Of a stretch of DNA of 64,000 nt, positions 57,138-64,000 are shown in pieces. Positions within the stretch are counted from its first letter, which is position 1. Each line of letters opens with the position of its first letter. The notes under the pieces are model-generated. The model made no database searches. It was not told the origin of the DNA and saw nothing but the letters and a program-made list of their open reading frames with translations. The DNA comes from an uncultured Bifidobacteriaceae bacterium (GTDB lineage: Bacteria > Acidobacteriota > Vicinamibacteria > Vicinamibacterales > JAENWD01). Both the position numbers and the translations under genes were made by a program. The DNA lies in the NCBI GenBank assembly GCA_964446605.1, contig CAYUPN010000004.1, forward strand, positions 8,122 through 72,121. The letters are read 5' to 3'.

Positions 57138-58001
57138 ATGGCACCGACGCTCTTCCAGCTCGTCGTCGCGGCACGCGAGCGGTTCGTCCGAGCAGGCATT
57201 CCTCCGGATCAGGCCGCCATCGACGCCGAGGTGCTCGCGCGGCACCTGCTCGGGTGGGATCGCGCGACGTATCTGATGCGGCGCGACGAGCCGGCATCGG
57301 GTGCGGATCGCGCGCGCTACGACGCGCTCGTCGAGCGCCGGGCCCGCCGGGAGCCGGTGGCCTACATCACCGGCAGCCGCGAGTTCTGGGGACGCGAGTT
57401 CGTCGTCTCGCCGGCGGTGCTCGTCCCGAGGCCGGAAACGGAACTGCTGGTGGAGGCCGTGCTCGCCCGGCTCGGCGACCGGACGCGCGCCTGGCGCGTC
57501 GCCGACGTCGGTACCGGCAGCGGCTGCCTGGCCGTGACCCTCGCCGCGGAACTCCCCGCGGCGGTCGTCGTGGCCACCGACGTCTCGGGTGCGGCTCTGC
57601 AGATCGCCCGGACGAATGCCGTGCGGCATGGCGTCGACGGACGGATCCTGACCGTGCAGACCTCGCTGCTCACCGGCATCAACGGTCCCTTCGACGTCGT
57701 GGCCGCGAACCTGCCCTACATCCCGTCCCCCTGCGCCGGAACGCTCTCGCCGGACGTGCGCGACTACGAGCCGCACGAGGCGCTGTTCGGCCCGGGCGAG
57801 GACGGACTCGACACGATCCGCGGGCTGCTGACGCAGGCGGCGTCGCGCCTGGCACCGGACGGGCTGCTCTTCCTCGAATTCGGCTTCGGTCAGGGCGAGG
57901 CGATGCGCGCGGAGCTTGCCCGCACGCCGCTGCGGCTGATTGACGTGCTGCGCGACCTGCAGGGCCACGAGCGGACGCTCGTCGCCGCCCTCAGCGGGTG
58001 A
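57138..58001 (+). CDS. prmC: release-factor glutamine N5-methyltransferase
   Basis: VADVGTGSGCLA motif I and NLPYIP (NPPY-type) motif. Confidence 0.9.
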   Translation: MAPTLFQLVVAARERFVRAGIPPDQAAIDAEVLARHLLGWDRATYLMRRDEPASGADRARYDALVERRARREPVAYITGSREFWGREFVVSPAVLVPRPETELLVEAVLARLGDRTRAWRVADVGTGSGCLAVTLAAELPAAVVVATDVSGAALQIARTNAVRHGVDGRILTVQTSLLTGINGPFDVVAANLPYIPSPCAGTLSPDVRDYEPHEALFGPGEDGLDTIRGLLTQAASRLAPDGLLFLEFGFGQGEAMRAELARTPLRLIDVLRDLQGHERTLVAALSG

Positions 58002-58587
58002 GATACGGCCAGGGAAGCTCGTCGACCGGACCCGCAGGCGGATGGAAGAGAACCGGGTCCACCGGTCCGATCACGATGTCGTGGTGCTCGCGCGACATCG
58101 GCGGGTCCGGATAGTGCTCGACGAGAGCGAAGAGGTCCAGGGCCGGCGCGCGCAGCAGCACTGCGCCCGACGGCGTCAGCTCGCGACGCAGCTCCAATCC
58201 CTCGACCCGTTGCGTCACCGGCAGCAGATCGGGTCGTGGGCCGGGCGGCGTTCGCGGCTCGAGCAGCCTGAGGGGCTGCGCGCTCCAGGAGCCGCTCGAG
58301 TAGCCGTAATAGCGGTTCTCCGCGATGTTCTCGATCGCGACGAAGCGCAGCGTGCCGTCCGGTTCCCTCGTCTCGCGGCGCGTCGATCCGTCGCGCCCGC
58401 GATAGAAGGCTCCTGTCGCCTCGACGCGCCCGTCGCGGATCTGGCGGAACCCGGCGCGGAACTCCACCCAGCCCTGCACGTGCACCGCAGGGGCCGGCAA
58501 CGGTGCCGGCTCGCGCGAGACCCGCGCCACCGCGATGCCGGCCGCAGCGGCGCCCGCGAGGACACCAACCGTGAGCAGCCGGCTCAT
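57991..58587 (-). CDS. hypothetical membrane-anchored protein (198 aa)
   Basis: N-terminal TM helix. The last gene of the minus-strand run. Overlaps the prmC 3' end by 11 nt (convergent). Confidence 0.55.
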   Translation of the reverse strand: MSRLLTVGVLAGAAAAGIAVARVSREPAPLPAPAVHVQGWVEFRAGFRQIRDGRVEATGAFYRGRDGSTRRETREPDGTLRFVAIENIAENRYYGYSSGSWSAQPLRLLEPRTPPGPRPDLLPVTQRVEGLELRRELTPSGAVLLRAPALDLFALVEHYPDPPMSREHHDIVIGPVDPVLFHPPAGPVDELPWPYLTR

Positions 58588-58591
58588 CGAA

Positions 58592-58933
58592 TCATCCCGG
58601 AGGCCAGCCCAGGGGCCGGCCCGCGAGCAGGTGCAGGTGGATGTGGAAGACGGTCTGCCCCGCGTCGGCGTGGCAGTTCAGGACCGTGCGATAGCCTCTC
58701 TCCCGATAGCCGTGCTCGGCGGCGATCGCCGCAGCCCGGCGCAGGATGCGCCCGATGAGCGCGTCGTGCTCCGGCGCGAGGTCGTTCGTTGTCGCGATAT
58801 GCGCCTTCGGAACGATCAGCACGTGCAGCGGCGCCTGCGGGTTGATGTCGTTGAACGCCAGCAGTTCGCCGTCCTCGAACACCTTGGACGCCGGAACCTC
58901 GCCGGCGACGATCCGGCAGAAGAGGCAGGACAT
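58592..58933 (-). CDS. HIT-family (histidine triad) nucleotide hydrolase
   Basis: 113 aa with the HIHLHLL triad. Confidence 0.9.
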   Translation of the reverse strand: MSCLFCRIVAGEVPASKVFEDGELLAFNDINPQAPLHVLIVPKAHIATTNDLAPEHDALIGRILRRAAAIAAEHGYRERGYRTVLNCHADAGQTVFHIHLHLLAGRPLGWPPG

Positions 58934-58941
58934 GGCGACGA

Positions 58942-59802
58942 TTATAGAGTCGACCCGGTCCTGATCGTCGTCAGCAGGTACTGGCCGCGTCCGGCGGCCG
59001 GATCGAACCGGAAATCCACCACCCGGTAGCCCCGACCAAGATAGTGGGTGAACAGCCGGCGGGTCTGCAGCCGCCACTCGCGCGCCGCGTCCGGTGCCTG
59101 CGTCAGCATCGCCGTGAAGTCGCCGGGGATGTCGGCGGCGATCCGCGGTTCCTCCCGGCCGAGCTCGACGTCGACGCACCGCAGGACATCGGCTCCCTCC
59201 GTGCGTGTCACGACCGGCGCCGACGCCGCCTCCGCCGAGACGACCGGCAGACCGGCGGGCGCGATCCGCCGCTGCACGTGCGGCCGGCGGATCCACCACT
59301 GGCATATGAACCGGTCGGTCGGCAGCCCGCCATGCAGCGGGCTCGTCGACTCGCCGTAGACGTTCTCCTCGTACTCCTCGACGATGACGCCGAGGCGGGA
59401 GAAGTTCAGATGGGCGTTGCGGGCCTGCAGCGGATCGAACGTCCACTCGATCAGGTCGAGCCCCAGTGCGAGCACCCGGTCGCGCTGGGCGAGCTTCAGC
59501 CGGCGCCCCAGCCCGGTGCCCCGATGGTCCGGGTGCACGCCGAGCATGTGCGACCAGTGGGAGAGCTGCGGCGCGTCACCCGCGGCTGCGGGGCGACACG
59601 CCGGAAACGAGTACACGAACCCGGCAAGCCGCGATCCGTCGCGGGCGCCCACGAGCACGCCGCCCCTGCGCAGGGACGCCACCATCATCGGCACCGAGAC
59701 GAGATCGATCGGTCCCCAGATCTCCGCTTCGAGCCGCTCCACGTCGTGGAGCTCCTCGAGCCGCGTCAGGTCCTCGAACACCAGCGTTCCGGAAACAGTC
59801 AT
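58942..59802 (-). CDS. GNAT-fold acetyltransferase-like protein (COG3375-like, tentative)
   Basis: HRGTGLGRRLKLAQR resembles GNAT motif A. Confidence 0.55.
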   Translation of the reverse strand: MTVSGTLVFEDLTRLEELHDVERLEAEIWGPIDLVSVPMMVASLRRGGVLVGARDGSRLAGFVYSFPACRPAAAGDAPQLSHWSHMLGVHPDHRGTGLGRRLKLAQRDRVLALGLDLIEWTFDPLQARNAHLNFSRLGVIVEEYEENVYGESTSPLHGGLPTDRFICQWWIRRPHVQRRIAPAGLPVVSAEAASAPVVTRTEGADVLRCVDVELGREEPRIAADIPGDFTAMLTQAPDAAREWRLQTRRLFTHYLGRGYRVVDFRFDPAAGRGQYLLTTIRTGSTL

Positions 59803-59803
59803 G

Positions 59804-60490
59804 TCACAGGAGCGGCAGCAGTTCCTCGAGCGAGTGGATCACGGGCACGCCGGCCTCTACCCTGCCGTGGTGCTCGGGGGCTCCGCGCCGCACGAGCACC
59901 GCGCGCATGCCGGCCCCGAGCGCGCCGGCGATGTCCTGTCCGACGCTGTCGCCGACCATCATCGTCTCGCCGGGCGCCGCGCCGACGAGCTGCAGCGCCG
60001 CCTCGAAGATGCTCGGATGCGGCTTCAGATAGCCATGCTGGGACGAGGAGACGGCCGCGCTGATGAGGCCGTTCAGCTCGAAGTGACTCTGGAACGAGGT
60101 CAGGCAGCGGTGGCTGTTGGAAATCAGCCCGATGCGGATGCCGCGGCCGGCAATCGCGCGCAGCGTCGCGGGCACGTCCGAGTACATCTCGAAGTGGTCG
60201 TTGGCCGCCCACTCGTCGTAGATCTCGATCGCGCAGCGCTGCACGCCCGGACCGCTGCCGCCCATCGCCTCGATGATCCGGGCGGTATAGCGGTGGAAGA
60301 TCGCGGCGTCGTAGATGTCCCCCTGCGCCGCGTCGAGTACAGGCGCGGCGAGCCGGACCGCCTCCTCGAAGCGCGCACGATCCAGGCTCAGCCCGTGCCG
60401 CTCGCCGAACCGGCAGTAGCCTTCGCCCCGGAACGTCGGCCCGGGATAGATCAGCGTGAAATCGACGTCGAAGAAAACCGCAGCGGTCAC
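59804..60490 (-). CDS. HAD-family hydrolase
   Basis: FFDVDFTL and MVGDSVGQDI motifs. GTG start overlaps the upstream stop (GTGA). Confidence 0.8.
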   Translation of the reverse strand: MTAAVFFDVDFTLIYPGPTFRGEGYCRFGERHGLSLDRARFEEAVRLAAPVLDAAQGDIYDAAIFHRYTARIIEAMGGSGPGVQRCAIEIYDEWAANDHFEMYSDVPATLRAIAGRGIRIGLISNSHRCLTSFQSHFELNGLISAAVSSSQHGYLKPHPSIFEAALQLVGAAPGETMMVGDSVGQDIAGALGAGMRAVLVRRGAPEHHGRVEAGVPVIHSLEELLPLL

Positions 60491-61770
60491 GATGCCTGGT
60501 CCGGACGCCCGTCCGGCGGCCCGGCCACGACGACGGCGGCGCGCTCGGGCGCCAGGAACGCGCGCGCCACGGCGGCCACCTCGTCCCGCGACACCGCCGC
60601 GATCAGGCCGGGCAGTCTGGCATCGTAATCCAGTCCGAGACCGAAGACATCGGCCGAGTGCAGGAAGCTCGCGATCCCGCCATTCGTCTCGAGCATCCGC
60701 GGCATCGAGCCGATCAGATAGCGCCTGGCGTCCGCGAGCTCCTGCTCCGTGACGCCGTCGGCGGCCATCCGCGCGATCTCCTCGTCGATCGACGCGATCG
60801 CGCGGCGCACGTTCGCCGGGCTCACCCCCGCCCGGACCACCAGCGGACCGGGCGCGACATTGGCGTCGAATGCGCTGTAGACGTAGTACGCCATGCCCTG
60901 CCGCTCGCGGATGCTGTCTCCCAGACGGCCGCCGAGCCCGTACTGCCCGAGGATGTTGTTCAGGACGAGGAATGCGTAGTACCGCGGGTCGGGTCGGGCG
61001 ATGCTGACGAACCCGTAGGCGATGTCGCTCTGCGACTTCCCCGGCATGTCGATGGTGCGCTCGACCCGTGTGTCCGGCGGCACGACGGGCGGCGGCTCCA
61101 GCGATTCACCTCCCGGCACGTCCCAGTCGCCGAATGCCGTCGACGCCAGATCGATGGCCCGCTCCGCCTCGACGTCGCCGACCAGCACGAGCCGGAGCCC
61201 GGCCGCCCCGACGTGCGCCGCGTGGAAGTCGACGAGCGCGTCGCGCTCGATGCGCTCGACCGACGCGACAGTGCCCTTCACCGGGCGTCCGTACGGATGG
61301 GCCGGATAGAGGAGCGCCATCAGCGCGTTCGTCGCAACCGAGGCGGGCGTGTCCTCATCCTGCCGCAGCGACGTGATGAGCGAGGTCCGCCGCCGCTCGA
61401 CCTGCTCGGCCGGAAACACCGGCCGCCGCAGCACGTCGGCGACGAGTTCGAGCACGGACCCGAGATCCTCCGACAGGCACGTGAAGCCGAACGTCAGGTG
61501 ATGCCGCGTGGTGCCGAGGGACAGTGAGACACCGAACCCGTCGAACGCCTCGGCGAGCGCCTCGCTCGAGCGGGTCGCCGTGCCGCGGTCCAGCGTCCGC
61601 GCGGTGAGCGACGCCAGCCCCTGCAACGGGTCGGGATCGAACCCCGCGCCGGCCGGAACCGATCCGTAAACGGTCACGGCCGGGTGCGTCGGCGTCTGGC
61701 GCGCGATGACGGTCGCGCCGTTGTCGAGCCGCTGCTGCAGCGGCGCCAGTCCCCCCGCCGCGCCGCTCAC
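60487..61770 (-). CDS. M16-family peptidase subunit lacking the zinc motif (non-catalytic partner)
   Basis: GLASLTARTLDRG sits in place of HxxEH. GTG 61770 overlaps the upstream stop (GTGA). Confidence 0.8.
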   Translation of the reverse strand: MSGAAGGLAPLQQRLDNGATVIARQTPTHPAVTVYGSVPAGAGFDPDPLQGLASLTARTLDRGTATRSSEALAEAFDGFGVSLSLGTTRHHLTFGFTCLSEDLGSVLELVADVLRRPVFPAEQVERRRTSLITSLRQDEDTPASVATNALMALLYPAHPYGRPVKGTVASVERIERDALVDFHAAHVGAAGLRLVLVGDVEAERAIDLASTAFGDWDVPGGESLEPPPVVPPDTRVERTIDMPGKSQSDIAYGFVSIARPDPRYYAFLVLNNILGQYGLGGRLGDSIRERQGMAYYVYSAFDANVAPGPLVVRAGVSPANVRRAIASIDEEIARMAADGVTEQELADARRYLIGSMPRMLETNGGIASFLHSADVFGLGLDYDARLPGLIAAVSRDEVAAVARAFLAPERAAVVVAGPPDGRPDQAS

Positions 61771-63086
61771 GAAGCCGCCTCGCCGGATTCCGGGACGAAC
61801 CAGCCGACGGTCCGGCGCGCCGGCGCCAGGCGCGTACGCGCGACCCGCGCGACGTCCTCCGGCGTCACCGCCGCCAGCCGCGGCGCCAGCGACGTGTAGA
61901 CCTCGACGTCCGCGATGGTGTGGAAATAGCCGATCTGGTGGGCGATGCTGGTCACGCTGTCCGCCTCGAAGACCAGACGCGCCTTCAGCTGGTGCCGAGC
62001 GCGATCGAACTCCGCGCGCGTCAGCCCGTCCGCGCGGACCGCCTCGATCGCGTCGTGCGCCGCCGCCTCCAGCGCCTCCGGCGACGCACCCTCGGCGGCC
62101 GTGCACGAGACGGTGTACAGGAACGGGTCCTCCGTCGGCAGCAGCGCGCCGAACACCGACGCGGCCAGCCCGCGCTCCACCAGCGCGCGATACAGGCGGG
62201 TGCTGCGCTGCGGCGGGTTCCGGAACGATGACCAGAGGTTCAGCCCCTTGGCCCCCGTCAGCGCGGCGTCGAGCACGAGCATCGGGTAGAAGTCCGGGTC
62301 GGTCACCGCCGGCGCGTGCCAGGCCAGCTTCAGATACGCCGTCGTGCCCGGCCGCTCGACCCGCACGCGGCGCTCGCCGGTCTGCGGCGGCTCGACGGTC
62401 CGCACGCGCTTCGGCAACGGCCCGTCGGCAATCCCGCCGAACGCCCGCTCCGCGCGCCGCAGCGCGTCATCCGCATCGACGTCGCCGACGATGACCAGCG
62501 CCGCGTTGCTGGGGACGTACCACGACCGGTAGAACTCGTACAGATCGTCGCGCGTCATCGCTTCGAGGTCGCTCAACCATCCGATGGTCGGATGGTGATA
62601 CCCGTGTGCCTTGAAGGCCGCCGCGGTGACCTCGAGGTCCAGGAGCTGCTCGGGGTCGTTCTCCCCTCCCTGGAGCTCCGAGATGATGACGGTGCGCTCC
62701 GACTCGACGTCGTCGGGGTGGTAGAGCCCGTTGGCCATCCGCTCCGACTCGATGAACAGCATCCGGTCGAGCGCGTCGCGGCTCGCGGTCTCCAGGTACG
62801 TGGTCTGATCGACCCAGGTGTACCCGTTCCAGCTCCCGCCGAACTGCTCGATGATGCCCTTCACCTGATCGCGCGGGATGTTCGTCGTGCCCTTGAAGTT
62901 CATGTGCTCGACGAAGTGCGCGATCCCGGTCTGGCCCCGTCGCTCGTCCTTGGAGCCCACCTTGTACCAGCACCACACCGAAACGAGCGGCGCCGTCCGC
63001 ATCTCCTGCACGAACACCGTGAGCCCGTTGGCGAGCGTGACGCGGCGCAATGGCGCGGCTGCGACGGACGGGGCGGCAAGCGACAT
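61767..63086 (-). CDS. M16-family zinc peptidase (catalytic subunit)
   Basis: GIAHFVEHMNFKG contains the HxxEH motif. Confidence 0.88.
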   Translation of the reverse strand: MSLAAPSVAAAPLRRVTLANGLTVFVQEMRTAPLVSVWCWYKVGSKDERRGQTGIAHFVEHMNFKGTTNIPRDQVKGIIEQFGGSWNGYTWVDQTTYLETASRDALDRMLFIESERMANGLYHPDDVESERTVIISELQGGENDPEQLLDLEVTAAAFKAHGYHHPTIGWLSDLEAMTRDDLYEFYRSWYVPSNAALVIVGDVDADDALRRAERAFGGIADGPLPKRVRTVEPPQTGERRVRVERPGTTAYLKLAWHAPAVTDPDFYPMLVLDAALTGAKGLNLWSSFRNPPQRSTRLYRALVERGLAASVFGALLPTEDPFLYTVSCTAAEGASPEALEAAAHDAIEAVRADGLTRAEFDRARHQLKARLVFEADSVTSIAHQIGYFHTIADVEVYTSLAPRLAAVTPEDVARVARTRLAPARRTVGWFVPESGEAAS

Positions 63087-63092
63087 CCGGTC

Positions 63093-63098
63093 ATTATA
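63093..63098 (-). promoter_or_regulatory. TATAAT -10 box 6 nt upstream of ATG 63086 (leaderless-type)
   Basis: Perfect hexamer on the minus strand with no Shine-Dalgarno. Confidence 0.4.
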
Positions 63099-63234
63099 GC
63101 GGTCCGGCCTGTTCGAACCGGAGACAAGCGGGCCTCCGGATCAGCTTGCAATTCTTTGCTGCTCAGCCATTTAGGCGGCATGACCGATGGCCGGGTCCTT
63201 GCAGATCTCCGGGAGGAACAAGGAGCGGAGACTC

Positions 63235-64000
63235 ATGGCCAGACTGCCGTCCTGCATCGGCTTCCTCGTGATAGCGGCTGCGCTCGCGCTCCCCGCCGCC
63301 GCGCAGTCCAACGCCACCTTCGTGCTGGAGTCAGGCGAACGCATCTCCGGAGAGCTCGTCGAAATGGGCGGGGTCACCGTCGAGGTGAATGGCCGGACCC
63401 GGAACTTCAGCCAGGACGAGATTGCCGTCATCGACTTCGTCGGCACCAGCTCGTTCCCCGACAACGAAGTCAACCAGGTCGAGCGCGGCAGCCATCTGCT
63501 CGTCCTCCGGAACGGGCGAACGCTGTCGGGCCGTCTGGTCGAGGTGAGCTCCCGGCCGGGCCGGATCACCTTCAATGCCAACGGGGTCTCGCGCGAGTTC
63601 CGCGCGAACGACGTGGCCCGCATCTATCTCGCGCGTCCCGAGGGAGCGAGCACCGCTGGATGGAACGACCAGGACGATGAGGAGTCCCGCGGCGCGCGCA
63701 CGATCCGGGTGCCGGGCGACGCCGGCTGGGTGGATACCGGAATCCGCGTCGTCGAAGGGCAGCGGCTGGTGTTCCGGACGACCGGGGAGATTCGGCTCAG
63801 CAACAACGACAACGACGTCGCCGGGCCCGCCGGCGCGCACTCCGGCCGCACGGCCGCCAACGCGCCGCTTCGCCGGGAGGCCGCCGGCGCGCTGATCGGC
63901 CGCATCGACAACGGCGAGCCGTTCGGCATCGGCGACCAGCGCACGATCACGGCACCGGCCACGGGCACCCTGCACCTCGCGGTGAACGACGACGTGCTGA
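63235..64000 (+). CDS. exported protein with a C-terminal PA-IL/LecA-like beta-sandwich region (partial; runs off the right edge)
   Basis: AAGGAG Shine-Dalgarno 9 nt before ATG 63235. Signal peptide ...ALPAAAQS. Later GWVDTGIRVVEGQRLVFRTTGEIRLS...GALIGRIDNGEPFGIGDQ...GTLHLAVNDD. Not in the ORF track because there is no stop in the window. Confidence 0.6.
   Translation, partial: MARLPSCIGFLVIAAALALPAAAQSNATFVLESGERISGELVEMGGVTVEVNGRTRNFSQDEIAVIDFVGTSSFPDNEVNQVERGSHLLVLRNGRTLSGRLVEVSSRPGRITFNANGVSREFRANDVARIYLARPEGASTAGWNDQDDEESRGARTIRVPGDAGWVDTGIRVVEGQRLVFRTTGEIRLSNNDNDVAGPAGAHSGRTAANAPLRREAAGALIGRIDNGEPFGIGDQRTITAPATGTLHLAVNDDVL

Overview
This is a very GC-rich (about 70% by eye, not computed), densely packed bacterial chromosomal segment. 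It holds about 70 protein-coding genes and one tRNA (tRNA-Sec). I saw no rRNA, CRISPR array, transposase, integrase or phage genes. Most content is core and stress physiology:
- Osmotic, envelope and oxidative stress: a trehalose operon (otsA with an extra N-terminal membrane module, otsB, GH15), MprF, Cu/Zn-SOD, a c-type cytochrome, a tandem-Usp protein, VIT1 and an MscS-family channel.
- Iron and Fe-S: ErpA, a Fur-family regulator fused to a di-iron domain, a PHP phosphoesterase, an FdhE-like protein and Mrp/ApbC.
- Central metabolism: class I fumarase plus aspartase, ALDH, UbiX, DUF1343/NamZ-like, DinB, LOG, pyruvate kinase, an amidase and asparaginase.
- Proteolysis and DNA repair: prolyl oligopeptidase, two M16 peptidase pairs and AddAB.
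- Other housekeeping: YidD, BioY, ThiD, MoaE/MoaD, PrfA-PrmC, HIT and HAD genes.

The many 4-nt ATGA/GTGA gene overlaps and the exported M16 and PA-IL-like proteins fit an Acidobacteriota/Gemmatimonadota-type soil bacterium; that is inference only.

I found no clear multi-gene novel system such as a defence island. The best leads are:
1. An 11-copy GGGGCCA heptamer array in the gap upstream of the mscS-family gene.
2. A Fur-family DNA-binding domain fused to a rubrerythrin-like di-iron domain, in an operon with ErpA, a PHP esterase and a catalytically degenerate ABC-ATPase-fold protein.
3. A 1.2-kb cluster of four Cys4 zinc-binding small proteins, including a J-domain-less DnaJ-like protein, next to addAB.
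4. An exported 462-aa helical protein translationally coupled to addB.
5. OtsA fused to a two-TM sensor-like module.
6. An orphan tRNA-Sec, an NrfH remnant with a broken haem motif, and frequent leaderless-type promoters.

All functional calls rest on motifs I recognised by eye. No database search was run.
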